DNA from: a virus
Lineage: Duplodnaviria; Caudoviricetes
Length of the DNA stretch: 64,000 nucleotides
IMG/VR virus record: IMGVR_UViG_3300025838_000023
Location: 1-64,000 of that record
Reading direction: 5' to 3' (one strand)
The notes beneath the pieces are model-generated. The model made no database searches, had not been told where the DNA came from, and saw only the letters and a list, made by a program, of their open reading frames with translations. Made by a program: the position numbers and the translations under genes. Positions 9,862 through 20,030 of this stretch are shown here, piece by piece. The stretch's first letter is position 1, and the number at the start of each line of letters is the position of its first letter.

Positions 9862-10122
9862 ATGAGAACTCTACTTTGGAATGAATATCTTGATGATAAC
9901 GGAAATTCAACATGGGAAGCAAATTCACATTATGGAGAAGATGGATGCCCTTTTATGTGGAGATTGCGCACTCGATTGATTAACAACAAAATTGAATATT
10001 ATGAAGAACATGATGGAGAATTAATGTCAGAAGTTCCTAGAGTTTGGAATAATTTAGAAGAAGCGAAAGAAGAAATACAAAAAGATACATTAGATATTAT
10101 AGAGAATGAAGAACAAAATTAA
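9862..10122 (+). CDS. Hypothetical protein
   Basis: Abutting ORF. Confidence 0.55.
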   Translation: MRTLLWNEYLDDNGNSTWEANSHYGEDGCPFMWRLRTRLINNKIEYYEEHDGELMSEVPRVWNNLEEAKEEIQKDTLDIIENEEQN

Positions 10123-10618
10123 AATAGGTGATAAAATAACAATCAAAAATCCACAGATATTTGATCGTTGTGGATATCCTATGAGTTTAGAATTTGCAAC
10201 AAAAGAAGTTGAAAAATTGCATGAAGAAGAAATAAATAAAATATTAAGTAATTATATAACATATGATGCACGGTTCTATAAATCAAAAGCATATAAAGAA
10301 ATTGTAAAAGGATTAGCATTAGCATATTTAAAACATAATAACTATGGTGGAATGTCAAGATCAGTTCATACTACGTTATTAGAACCATATAGAAACAAAA
10401 TTGCGAAAGTAGTAGACATAACATATTGTAAGAGTGGTGATTATATTCATGGTGGTGGAGATTATGATGATTATAGTCCTCCATATCTAGCAAATCAAAA
10501 ATCTCATAGAATACTAGAATGTTATCTTACATATGAGGATAACAACAGTTCAGATAATATATTTCCATATACCGTATTTAAAATTGAAGATATTAATATA
10601 GAAAAATATGTTGTTTGA
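10106..10618 (+). CDS. Hypothetical protein
   Basis: Overlapping ORF in run. Confidence 0.6.
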   Translation: MKNKIKIGDKITIKNPQIFDRCGYPMSLEFATKEVEKLHEEEINKILSNYITYDARFYKSKAYKEIVKGLALAYLKHNNYGGMSRSVHTTLLEPYRNKIAKVVDITYCKSGDYIHGGGDYDDYSPPYLANQKSHRILECYLTYEDNNSSDNIFPYTVFKIEDINIEKYVV

Positions 10619-10961
10619 TTATTTAAAATCCATATTGGTTAATAAAAATGATAAATTGCCACTTGATGAATATGTGCCGTTTATGATTACCCGTTGGTTG
10701 TCGTTTACTTCTACTGGTGCTACTAATGCATTAAATTTTACCGTGAATCAATTGGGAAACTTAGATAAAGATATACATTATAAAATACTATTACAGATAT
10801 TTCCCAAAGCAAAATCATTTAAAACACCCAAGTATATAAAGAAAGCAAAAAAAGAAAAAGATACAACATCAGAAGATATACAAAAACTTGCAAATTATAT
10901 GGAAGTTTCTTCAAGAGAAATTAAATTAATGCTTGCAATACAAAATTCAATAACTAAATAA
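10608..10961 (+). CDS. T4 gp62-like clamp loader small subunit
   Basis: LFDYLKSI..YVPFMITRWLS..N..HY..L..PK..YIKK..Y.VS.RE pattern. Confidence 0.7.
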   Translation: MLFDYLKSILVNKNDKLPLDEYVPFMITRWLSFTSTGATNALNFTVNQLGNLDKDIHYKILLQIFPKAKSFKTPKYIKKAKKEKDTTSEDIQKLANYMEVSSREIKLMLAIQNSITK

Positions 10962-10971
10962 AAACAAATAT

Positions 10972-11385
10972 ATGACAACTAGACCAGACTTACAATCAAA
11001 CCCACATTTAAACCTACAAGTCGATGCTTACAAAGATCAACTATTACCGGAAGATTACGAAATCACAGAAGTATTAGGGGATATCGTAATGGGTGAATAT
11101 ATCGATACTGCAAATGATGGAAAGAGTATAATGAGAAATGGTATCATCTTGCCTATTGAAACCGTAGATAATAGAGCATGGAGAGTAGTAAAGGCACTTC
11201 TCGTAGGACCAGAAGTTAAACAAATCAAACAAGGTGATATTGTTATTATTGCTGGAGACAAAGGACTACAATCAATCAGCCGTAATGGTAAAATGACAGT
11301 ATTCTTTAACCAAGAAAGAACTTTTGGTATTTGTAAAAAAATTGTTAGTGGAACGCCTGTAGTTACTAAGAAATCGAAGAAGTAA
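10972..11385 (+). CDS. GroES-like co-chaperonin
   Basis: VLGDIV, GIILP mobile loop, VGPEVKQIKQGDIVI. Confidence 0.75.
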   Translation: MTTRPDLQSNPHLNLQVDAYKDQLLPEDYEITEVLGDIVMGEYIDTANDGKSIMRNGIILPIETVDNRAWRVVKALLVGPEVKQIKQGDIVIIAGDKGLQSISRNGKMTVFFNQERTFGICKKIVSGTPVVTKKSKK

Positions 11386-11386
11386 T

Positions 11387-12103
11387 ATGAAAGCATCTAA
11401 TATGAAATATCTAATATTCAATGAGGATGGTGAAATCATTGAAGATAACATAATTGAAACTACGGATGGAACAATAGAATTTGGATCATCGTGTATCACT
11501 CTAAATTTTAATGGAAATCATACGGATACTATAGTTTCAGGACAGGTATTTATAAATGGATGGCATATAAGAGTAGAACAAGGAAATGCGTTAGGTAGAT
11601 ATTATATGTTAGCAACGATGGTGAAAGGGAATATTAGATTTTCTGCTATTGTTAATCATATAATGGAAGATGAGATGCAATTCCAATTATTTTTCAAATT
11701 TGCTGAATTCTTTTTACCTACAAGAGAACCACATTGTTGCTGTAAATCAAACTATAACAAAGTTTTATTGCCATATATTAACAAAGTTTTTCGTTCTATG
11801 GTAAAACATTATAATTACGAAGAGTATTATAACAATTTAGAATATACAAAAAATAATAGATTGGAAAGAATTATGGAAGAAATTAATCAAGAAATTAGTA
11901 AATCTGCAATAGATGCTGCATATAAAGATCATCATATTTGGCTTGGTGTTACTCCTTGTAAAAGTCATAGTGTAATTGCTGATGCTGCTAGAGTAATTCA
12001 AGAAGCGATTAATGAAGAAACTAATGATTTAACATCAAAACTCATAGAGTCTCATAAAGAACTTGGTAAGCTAAAAACCAATCTAATAAAACTTAATACA
12101 TAA
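11387..12103 (+). pseudogene. 5' half of a gene interrupted by the TnpB element
   Basis: Codon CTA 12083-85 is in frame with CTA 13539-41; last 5 aa come from the element. Confidence 0.7.
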
Positions 12104-13541
12104 TACAGCATTTTTAAGATAAATCAAGAAAAGTATTTTAAAAACAAATTTATTTTTAAAATATCTCATTTTATCTCTAGTTTTTCATACAAATTAGGTT
12201 AAATATAAATGGATGTAATAATCCATAGATGATAACTATAAAAGCAAAGATAAAGAATGAAATACATATTGAAGATTATGTTCGACAATTCAATAATGTA
12301 AAGAGGTTTGCTTTTAATAGATTTTTAGAAGAAAAATCACTATCAGAAGTATATCATCTTTCATGCAGAACTTTAAATAACTGTGACTTGTTAGATGCAT
12401 CATTTAGAGAATCTGCTGTATTCAAAGCTAAAGAATTATATGATAGCGGAAATCATAAAGTTATATTTGGTGGAAGAAACAATTTCAATAAACTAAAATA
12501 TAAAAAAAAGTCTGCATTACCACTCAAAAAGAATGTATGGCTTTATTCTCAAGGAAGATCAAATTTTAAAGGAAATAGAAAGTTTAATTTCGATTTATAT
12601 AACAATAAGATTACATTTAAACCTGAAAGAGGTATTAAAATAGATATAGAATTTGAAAATGTATCTAAAAACGAAAGGAAGTTATTAGATAAAGCACAGT
12701 TCTTATCACAACAAAAGCAATGTCCAATATCAGTTTCATTATCACAAGAATATATACTGTTTTCTATAGATGAAACAATAATTAAAACGCCAAGAACTAA
12801 AATAATAAAAAATAGAATATTATCTTTAGATTCTAATCCTGAAAATATAGGAATTTCTATTATTGACTGGAACAATAAAGACAATAAGAATATAATACAT
12901 AAAGAAGTTATTGATTTAAGAGAACTTCGAAATGCAAAAACTACTAAGAAACACTATGAACTTCTATCAGTAGCTCAAAGAATATCTAAATTAGCAAAGC
13001 ACTATAATTGTGAATTAGTAGCATTCGAAAAACTAAATATCAAACCAAAAGATAATAAAAAAGGTAAACTCTATAACAGAATGATTAATAATAACTGGAA
13101 TAGAACTCTCTTCTTTAATAATCTAATTAAATGGTGCAATATTCATGATATTAAAACTCAAGAAATAGAACCAGCTTATTCTTCTTTCATAGGTCAAATG
13201 ATAAATGAATTAGAACCTGATATGATAGCGGCTTCTATAGAGTTATCTCGTAGAGCTTACTTGTTCTATAATACTTTTATAACAAAACAATTTTTACCGT
13301 TTAAAGATGGTAAGAAAATGGATATAGTTTATCCTGAATTCGATCTTAATGTGCTACCTACTCGTTGGAAGAAAATGGTAGAATCAAATACTAAGATTGA
13401 TTCATGGAAGAAATTGTATACCAAATTAAAGAAATCTGAATTGAGTTATAGATTTCCTTTTAAATCTTGGAAACAAGATAAAAAGTCTTTAAGTCATATA
13501 TCTAGAAAATCAAAGATTCTTCTATATTTGTGATAACTCTA
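12086..13541 (+). mobile_element. Non-autonomous IS607-family element (tnpB only)
   Basis: TCTA at both junctions; both ends match the copy at 63416-63797; removal restores an ORF. Confidence 0.85.
12229..13533 (+). CDS. tnpB: TnpB-like RuvC nuclease without zinc finger
   Basis: RFAFNR, IFGG, SLDSNP, AFEKL, PAYSSFIG, PDMIAASIELSRR; D-E-D triad intact. Confidence 0.85.
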   Translation: MITIKAKIKNEIHIEDYVRQFNNVKRFAFNRFLEEKSLSEVYHLSCRTLNNCDLLDASFRESAVFKAKELYDSGNHKVIFGGRNNFNKLKYKKKSALPLKKNVWLYSQGRSNFKGNRKFNFDLYNNKITFKPERGIKIDIEFENVSKNERKLLDKAQFLSQQKQCPISVSLSQEYILFSIDETIIKTPRTKIIKNRILSLDSNPENIGISIIDWNNKDNKNIIHKEVIDLRELRNAKTTKKHYELLSVAQRISKLAKHYNCELVAFEKLNIKPKDNKKGKLYNRMINNNWNRTLFFNNLIKWCNIHDIKTQEIEPAYSSFIGQMINELEPDMIAASIELSRRAYLFYNTFITKQFLPFKDGKKMDIVYPEFDLNVLPTRWKKMVESNTKIDSWKKLYTKLKKSELSYRFPFKSWKQDKKSLSHISRKSKILLYL

Positions 13542-13560
13542 GAATATTATATAAAATTAT
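13270..13560 (+). ncRNA. Putative omegaRNA (scaffold overlapping tnpB 3' end, guide in flank)
   Basis: This segment is what the protein-less copy at 63416-63690 retains; boundaries approximate. Confidence 0.6.
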
Positions 13561-13991
13561 ACCAAGATACGTATAAAGATTTAGTAGTTACAAGAGTTGA
13601 AAAAGATAATTGGATAGAAACTTGTAAGCAAACGCAAAGAAATACTGATTATTATAGAGATTTATTAATTCAAATTGGAGAAGTGATTGGAGAAGATGCG
13701 AAAGTATGTGATGATGGCACAGTAGTTCCTGATATTCTTGTAGCTAAAGTTCCAGAATTAGCGATATCAATTATAGAAAATTACAAAGAAACTAAGAAAA
13801 ATAAAACATATAATAATTACGGTGGATGTTCTTCGGAAGATATGGAATTAACTCCTAAATTAAAAGAAATCAAATATTATTTAGTTTGGGATACTAATAC
13901 AATTTTAATAATAACAAAATCTACAACTAATACATCTGCCGAAGATATAAAACAAATTGAAAAAAGTAATGGTTTTATTATGTGGATATAG
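13530..13991 (+). pseudogene. 3' half of the gene interrupted by the TnpB element
   Basis: Fusion reads KLKTN-L-EYYIKLYQDT, ~382 aa. Confidence 0.7.
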
Positions 13992-14010
13992 ATAAATAAA
14001 TCTATATACT

Positions 14011-14463
14011 ATGAATTGCGTATCTTCATCGCCTACTATTAAATTTTACTATAGAAAAAGAAAAGCATTATCAGTAGAAGCAGCAAAAAAGGAAACTGAA
14101 TATCGATTAGCTGTAGCAAATAAATTCAAGGATATACTGCAAGATGATATATTAAATTTGGATTTGGTGTCAATGGTGAAGAAGCAATGTGAACGGTTGA
14201 CAGAGGATGGACTAGAAATAGTATCTACCATATTACCATCCTCAGAAGCTAGATGTCCATTATGTATAGAAGAAAGTGATATATTTATAAAGTGGATTGA
14301 TGATTCGTTATATACTAAATTTCCTAATAATAATAAAACATTAGTAATCAATAATAACACATCTACAGATTGGGATATTACAACTGAAGGTATCCGACCA
14401 TTAAGAAAATGTGATACTTGTGTTAATGGGTTTAGAAAAGATGAAATACCACTATGCGATTAA
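14011..14463 (+). CDS. Hypothetical protein with two CxxC
   Basis: CPLC, CDTC. Confidence 0.55.
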   Translation: MNCVSSSPTIKFYYRKRKALSVEAAKKETEYRLAVANKFKDILQDDILNLDLVSMVKKQCERLTEDGLEIVSTILPSSEARCPLCIEESDIFIKWIDDSLYTKFPNNNKTLVINNNTSTDWDITTEGIRPLRKCDTCVNGFRKDEIPLCD

Positions 14464-14840
14464 CAGCATCAGGATTAATGGCTTTATTACATTCAAACGT
14501 AGTAGAGTTAAAGTTTAGAAGAAGAATCCCAAAAGCAGGATTTAATGCATATAGAAGAATGTTATGCACTACTGATCATATACTTCTCAATTCAGCGGGT
14601 GGTAAAACTATATTAAATTATAAACCACCAATCGGAAGGCATTTAAAGTTTAGTCCTTATGCTAAAAATCTTGTTGTTGTGTATGATTTATTTATGCAGG
14701 ACTTTAGAATGGTTAATTGTGATGATTGTGATGTGGTTTCCGTGATACAATCAACACCTAATGGAAAGTTTTGGGAGTATTTTAACGATAGATTACGTAA
14801 AATGACAGCATCAGAAAAATTAATATTTCAAAATAATTAA
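14454..14840 (+). CDS. Sm-like SH3 barrel (WYL_2/DUF2693-like) phage protein
   Basis: VELKFRRR, RRMLCT, VVYDL...FR motifs. Confidence 0.6.
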   Translation: MRLTASGLMALLHSNVVELKFRRRIPKAGFNAYRRMLCTTDHILLNSAGGKTILNYKPPIGRHLKFSPYAKNLVVVYDLFMQDFRMVNCDDCDVVSVIQSTPNGKFWEYFNDRLRKMTASEKLIFQNN

Positions 14841-14881
14841 CTTGATTTTGTATATTATGTTGGATAAGTTATGTTTATAAT

Positions 14882-15262
14882 ATGACAAGTATAATGACTG
14901 ACGTTTTAAACTATATTCTTAGTGAAGATATATTAACTACTTCACTACAAAAACAATTTACATTTACTCTTAAAAATAAAGTAATAAAAAGAGGGAAATT
15001 GATATTGTTCAAGAAAGTTCACTATCATTTACAGTTAACATTATTAAACAATAAAGGAAATAAGGAAAATTTTGAAATTCCGATTCCGTTTAAAACTGAA
15101 TACCATCATAGTAAAGATGAAAATGTGTTATACTTCGATTATCGTATTTCCACATTATCCGGCAACGATAAAAAGATAGAAAAGGTGCTGAATGAGTATA
15201 GGATTAAAAATATCGAACCTTCCCAATACTTCAACTCAATATTAGAAATTATAATAAAATAA
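14882..15262 (+). CDS. Hypothetical protein
   Basis: ORF in run. Confidence 0.6.
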   Translation: MTSIMTDVLNYILSEDILTTSLQKQFTFTLKNKVIKRGKLILFKKVHYHLQLTLLNNKGNKENFEIPIPFKTEYHHSKDENVLYFDYRISTLSGNDKKIEKVLNEYRIKNIEPSQYFNSILEIIIK

Positions 15263-15266
15263 CTTT

Positions 15267-15575
15267 ATGGAAAACAAAGAAACTCGTAATATATTCAATG
15301 TTTATACTGGAGAATTGTATAAACTTTTTGTCACAGAATTAAAAAATTTATTAGAAGGTGAAGTTCCCATATTAAGACAACCAAACCAAAGTTGTAAAGT
15401 GTGTTTTGGAAGGGGTTATGCAGGATATGACACTGAAAAGCGTTCCTATAGAATTTGTCCTAAATGTATAGATAGACAATTAGATACTAAATATTTGCCA
15501 AGCATTAAATATACATGTTTAGTGCTTAATAAAACAAAAAATAAACAAATAAAGATAAATAATATTAACATATGA
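15267..15575 (+). CDS. Zinc-finger protein
   Basis: CKVCFGRG...CPKC. Confidence 0.55.
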   Translation: MENKETRNIFNVYTGELYKLFVTELKNLLEGEVPILRQPNQSCKVCFGRGYAGYDTEKRSYRICPKCIDRQLDTKYLPSIKYTCLVLNKTKNKQIKINNINI

Positions 15576-16126
15576 AATTCGACAGCTTATTTAATACCGT
15601 AATGAAATCCAGATTCTTGATTGAATCTCCTGAAGATGAAACTGTAACCCCTGAACTTGGAGCAACAACCGCGCCAGAAAAAGCAGGAATACAAGATGAG
15701 ATCGACCATCAAGAAGCAGTAGAAGATGCTATTATTTCTTACCTCAAGTCATTAAAAGATAATAAAACAACATTTGGAGACTTAAGAAATTATGTATCTC
15801 GTTTGAGTATTGTCGAAGATGCTGATGATGCAAAATATCACGTTATCGCTGCTCTTAAGAATTTAGACAGTCTTAATATCGAAAGAGAAAAGGGTGTGCC
15901 AATTAATGATACAAATGTTATCACTTTCGCAGAAGATATGGGAGATGAAAATGAAGATGTTTCTGATGCGAAGTTTAAAGAATTAGAATCTGATGAAGAT
16001 GATATATTTTCTTCAGAAGATCGTGCAGGACAAGCTATTCAAGCACATTTACCAAAAGACGCAATAAGGGATTATGAACAGTCTAAAGCTGATCCTTCTG
16101 GTGGTGGGTATGGGGACTCTTATTAA
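15572..16126 (+). CDS. Acidic putative capsid-internal protein
   Basis: MKFDSLF..LIESP leader, TAAATA upstream. Confidence 0.55.
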   Translation: MKFDSLFNTVMKSRFLIESPEDETVTPELGATTAPEKAGIQDEIDHQEAVEDAIISYLKSLKDNKTTFGDLRNYVSRLSIVEDADDAKYHVIAALKNLDSLNIEREKGVPINDTNVITFAEDMGDENEDVSDAKFKELESDEDDIFSSEDRAGQAIQAHLPKDAIRDYEQSKADPSGGGYGDSY

Positions 16127-16134
16127 TTCTTAAT

Positions 16135-16554
16135 ATGAATAAAGATTTTAAATTAATTGGAGAAGCATATAAAGGAGTATTTGAAGCCAATAACCCTTCT
16201 ATTCGTCTTTCTAAACCTGCTGGTAGTGGTGCTAGTGATGAATTTGAATCATCGGATGCTAACCCCTCAACAGTTAGAATACCACAAGAACAACCAAATA
16301 TGTTCAAAGATGGTAAAGAGCCAAAAGATACTCCAGTTAAATCATCTAAACATTTCAACCATTTAATAAGAGAAATTACTAAAAATCCATCTTTATTAAA
16401 ACGTGCTATGTTTAATTTTGAAAATGCTGACTTGATTAATATAAAATTAAACCAAACGCTTACGCTAGATGGAGAAAGAAATAATAGATTTCATATAACA
16501 ATAGATGAGTTTATTCGTATTTTAACAGAAATCAAACGTAGCCATGCATTTTAA
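16135..16554 (+). CDS. Putative capsid-internal protein
   Basis: MNKDFKLIGEAYKGVFEA leader. Confidence 0.55.
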   Translation: MNKDFKLIGEAYKGVFEANNPSIRLSKPAGSGASDEFESSDANPSTVRIPQEQPNMFKDGKEPKDTPVKSSKHFNHLIREITKNPSLLKRAMFNFENADLINIKLNQTLTLDGERNNRFHITIDEFIRILTEIKRSHAF

Positions 16555-17072
16555 TTAAAAACGACATTATTTAAAACATAATCACAAAGCTTATTGGTTC
16601 CCGCTTCGTTCCCATCAATCTCTAAATCCCATTTATCTATTAATTTATAGATATCTTTAGCTAATTTGTTACTATCTTCCTCTGAATTAACTCTACCATA
16701 CGTTTGATACGGAGTTGCTCTATGAATGAAAATGTTAATATTATCAAATTCAGAATTTAACGTATCTATAAGTTTTTTAATTTCTGTATAATATGGCACC
16801 TTTTTGCAATAAACGGTTTGCATAAGAATAGGAGAATCCGCAATAGCAATATCAATTCCACTACGTTCTAAATCTTTTGCTCTTCTATATTGAGTTCCTA
16901 AAAGATATACTTGATTTCCTAATTGAATTTCATTTCCTCTATAAACAAGCTCTTTTGCATGTTCGCCTATCAACTCAGATTTAATATTATTACATTTCAA
17001 TTTGGCAAATAATAAAGCGGCTGCTACAGATTTTCCAGAACTTGGGGCGGCGAACAGGTTGATTATACGCAT
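16551..17072 (-). CDS. P-loop kinase (AAA_28/NadR-kinase-like)
   Basis: INLFAAPSSGKS, EHAKELV, DSPIL, YQTYGR. Confidence 0.75.
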   Translation of the reverse strand: MRIINLFAAPSSGKSVAAALLFAKLKCNNIKSELIGEHAKELVYRGNEIQLGNQVYLLGTQYRRAKDLERSGIDIAIADSPILMQTVYCKKVPYYTEIKKLIDTLNSEFDNINIFIHRATPYQTYGRVNSEEDSNKLAKDIYKLIDKWDLEIDGNEAGTNKLCDYVLNNVVFN

Positions 17073-17557
17073 ACTAATTTTCCTCCTAATAGAGTTTCGA
17101 TGCCAAGAATTTTATCATAATATTCTATTTTTATATTTGCTTCTTCTGCCATTTGTTTAGCTATAGTGTGACTCGCGCTCCAATTACCATTTCTTGCATA
17201 AAACAATTCCTGAAACTGTGAATGTATTATTATAGTAGAAATACCTGCTTGAATAATAGTTTTCATGCAACCATCGCAAGGATATGCATTTGTATATAGA
17301 ATAGCATCTTTTGTTGAAATCCCATTCCTAGCACAATTTAGAATAGCATTACACTCACCATGCACTGTATATGATAATTTAGTATCTCTATCATTTAATC
17401 TTTCCAGCGAATCAATAACCAATCTAGGAAATCCATTATAACCTTCAGATATTATCGTATTATCTTTAACTAGTATTGCACCTATCTTTGAGCTAATATC
17501 TTTTGATTTAGATGCAACTAAGTAAACGTGTCTGAAAAAATATTCGTTCCAATTCAT
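17063..17557 (-). CDS. dCMP deaminase
   Basis: SKD..KIGA, GYNG.PR, HGECNAI, PCDGC. Confidence 0.9.
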   Translation of the reverse strand: MNWNEYFFRHVYLVASKSKDISSKIGAILVKDNTIISEGYNGFPRLVIDSLERLNDRDTKLSYTVHGECNAILNCARNGISTKDAILYTNAYPCDGCMKTIIQAGISTIIIHSQFQELFYARNGNWSASHTIAKQMAEEANIKIEYYDKILGIETLLGGKLVCV

Positions 17558-17600
17558 ATGTAAGTATTATATCTTACATTTCTGAATTATCAAATTTTAT

Positions 17601-18224
17601 TTATGCTGCTGCCGCTGTAGGAAGAACTGGAGAAGTATTAGTTTGCACATATCCTGCTGTTGATTGTGGTGCAGTGGCTGGAGCAGGAGTTGGTTGTGTA
17701 GTTTCTTTTGGTAATCCTAAAGAATTTCTAAGTTGTCCAATAAGAGTATTTGCACTAATACCTTTTGTTTCTATTCCTAATTTTTTTAAATCATTAACAA
17801 TAGCTGACATTACGTTTGTTAAATCTTTTGAATGTGCTTGAAATATGCTATTAACCTTTGCCGCTTGAGCAGCATCTTGAACCCCTTGAACTTGTTGTTG
17901 TCCAGATTGTTTCATTCCTTGTATTGCTTGATTTGCTTGTGTTGCATCAGTTTTCACACCAACAGAATTCAACCCTTTAGTTGCCATATCAACACCTTTT
18001 TGTGCAACATTAGCGACACCTTGTTTTGCTAATCCTTTAACAGTTTGTCCTGCACCCTTTATAGTTTGTGCTGCGGATGCCCCTTTAGCTTTAAGACGAT
18101 CCCACAATCCAGCTTCTTTCAAGTAAGTATCAATCTGTTCTTGTGTTTTACCTTCATTACGTAAGCTTTCAATCAGTTTATTGATTCTTACTTGCTCGTA
18201 TGCTTCTGTTAATAAATTACTCAT
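17601..18224 (-). CDS. A/Q-rich putative capsid-internal protein
   Basis: MSNLLTEAYE; LKEAGLWDRLKA; start corrected to 18224. Confidence 0.6.
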   Translation of the reverse strand: MSNLLTEAYEQVRINKLIESLRNEGKTQEQIDTYLKEAGLWDRLKAKGASAAQTIKGAGQTVKGLAKQGVANVAQKGVDMATKGLNSVGVKTDATQANQAIQGMKQSGQQQVQGVQDAAQAAKVNSIFQAHSKDLTNVMSAIVNDLKKLGIETKGISANTLIGQLRNSLGLPKETTQPTPAPATAPQSTAGYVQTNTSPVLPTAAAA

Positions 18225-18228
18225 ATAT

Positions 18229-18408
18229 TTATTTATTCTTTTTATCAGCTTTTCTCTTACAAGGTTCGCATATTTCATCACCAAAACAATTACATACGTC
18301 TGTTCCAGCATCGATTATTTCCTTTTCTTTGGTTTTCTTGCTGGTTTTAGATTGTTTTGACTTTTTATAAGCTTCAAACATTAAATTATCGTCGTTTTTG
18401 TTATACAT
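18229..18408 (-). CDS. Small putative internal protein
   Basis: NDDNLMFEAY leader, TAAATA upstream. Confidence 0.5.
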   Translation of the reverse strand: MYNKNDDNLMFEAYKKSKQSKTSKKTKEKEIIDAGTDVCNCFGDEICEPCKRKADKKNK

Positions 18409-18426
18409 ATCAATATTATTTATCAA

Positions 18427-19122
18427 TTATTTATTAATTTTAGGAATATCCGATCCTTGAGTGAAAACAGCAATTAAAGTTTGTATACCACCTTCAACAA
18501 AATATGCGGCTAAATCGTTTCTTTGGTGAACTACATTTAAAGCACGATCAACAGCGTATAATTGTTCTTCTGGAGTTTTTGCTTTATATATTTGTTGATA
18601 TATTGGAAGAAGATATGGCAATCCATAATCACTAACTAACCATGTTCCATCTTCGAGTGCCATATAATCAATAAACTTTTCCATTTGTTCTTCATCAAAA
18701 TCGTATCCTGCACATTCTAACATTTCTTCTGGACTTTCTTGGCTGTGACCGCTTAACGCATTACCAGCATCCAAAGCTGCGATATTTTTCATAACTAGGT
18801 CAGCAATTTCTTCCATTCCTTTCGCATCTCTTACAAATCCTGTTTTTCCAAAATCCAACCATATTCTCTTCAATCTCGCAGCAGGAACTCTACTCCAACT
18901 TACAAATTTATTTCCATTTAAGAATTCTGTCGCAAATTTAGAAACTGCATTATCTCTTTTTTCTGAGAAATCCCACATGGTATCTTCATCCCATATATTT
19001 TCTTTAGATTTTTGCGCTCTCATCATTGCAATAGAGGCTTCCCATGATTTTCCTCCTATATCTCCTTCCTCCTTGTATTCATAGGTTTCCATTAACTGTT
19101 TATATAATGTTAAGAATTTCAT
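18427..19122 (-). CDS. Putative capsid-internal protein
   Basis: MKFLTLYKQLME leader; start corrected to 19122. Confidence 0.6.
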   Translation of the reverse strand: MKFLTLYKQLMETYEYKEEGDIGGKSWEASIAMMRAQKSKENIWDEDTMWDFSEKRDNAVSKFATEFLNGNKFVSWSRVPAARLKRIWLDFGKTGFVRDAKGMEEIADLVMKNIAALDAGNALSGHSQESPEEMLECAGYDFDEEQMEKFIDYMALEDGTWLVSDYGLPYLLPIYQQIYKAKTPEEQLYAVDRALNVVHQRNDLAAYFVEGGIQTLIAVFTQGSDIPKINK

Positions 19123-19123
19123 A

Positions 19124-19558
19124 TTAAGATTTTGGTGCTCTAAACATATTACCAACTAAATCAGGGCGGTATGTTCTTTTTCCATAGTTACTTTTAAATC
19201 CAAATCTACCGTAGAACTTTTTGAGTCTATCAATACTGGAAGTTTTCTTGTAATCATCTTTTACTCCGAAATCCCCTTTTGTCGCAGTTTGTAATACAAG
19301 GGTGGTTCTATATGTATCTGCCCATTTACATAATTCTACCATAAAAGCCGTTCCTATGCCCTTTGGAGCGTCTTTATGCGCCCTTAATGTGGATAATTGA
19401 ACTATATGAACATCATTCTCCAGTTTTTGTAGTGGAGTAACATGAATTTGTAGATATCTTGAATACGAATGCACAAGATCATTTAAAGAATTTTGCTTCT
19501 CTAAATTCAAATCTATTACTTGTTCTAAAAGTTTCCCACATAATACATCAAATTTCAT
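19124..19558 (-). CDS. GNAT-family acetyltransferase with capsid-targeting-like leader
   Basis: KGIGTAFM (motif A), RLKKFYGRFGF (motif B); MKFD.L..KLLE. Confidence 0.75.
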   Translation of the reverse strand: MKFDVLCGKLLEQVIDLNLEKQNSLNDLVHSYSRYLQIHVTPLQKLENDVHIVQLSTLRAHKDAPKGIGTAFMVELCKWADTYRTTLVLQTATKGDFGVKDDYKKTSSIDRLKKFYGRFGFKSNYGKRTYRPDLVGNMFRAPKS

Positions 19559-19577
19559 TATGTATTATTTAACTATA

Positions 19578-20030
19578 TCAAAGCTTATAATTTATAAAAG
19601 CAGAGGAAGAGTTATTAGTATTATACTCATCCATCACTAAAATTGGAGTAATGTTTGACATGAATAGCCCCAAACAAGTAGAAATATCATCATCTATATG
19701 ACAATCCGCATTGATTTTCTCTAATGCAGGAATTTTACTTTCTCCTGATGTGAAAAGAACACCATTAACTTTTAAATCATGAACATGGCAAAATAAATCG
19801 ATTTCAGGAATAAATTGTTCCTGCCTATAAGTTACGATATAAACTTTCTTTCCTTTAGTAATTAATCTTCTTACTAGATCAACCATTATTACATTAGGTG
19901 GGCAATCTATCCAATTAGTATATCTTCCATTTTCATCTCTTTGGATAACTGTGAGTGTAGCATCAAAATCAACTCCCACGGTTTTCACTTTGTTGCTAAA
20001 AAGGTATTGTTCTGTTTCAAATCTGGTCAT
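19578..20030 (-). CDS. HAD-superfamily phosphatase
   Basis: VDFDATL, VTYR, SK, HIDDD. Confidence 0.75.
   Translation of the reverse strand: MTRFETEQYLFSNKVKTVGVDFDATLTVIQRDENGRYTNWIDCPPNVIMVDLVRRLITKGKKVYIVTYRQEQFIPEIDLFCHVHDLKVNGVLFTSGESKIPALEKINADCHIDDDISTCLGLFMSNITPILVMDEYNTNNSSSAFINYKL

Noticed and set aside
12229-13533. Cas12f/Cas14-type CRISPR effector (also 43356-44729)
   Set aside because: No array or cas genes seen; IS ends and an IS607 tnpA explain them as TnpB
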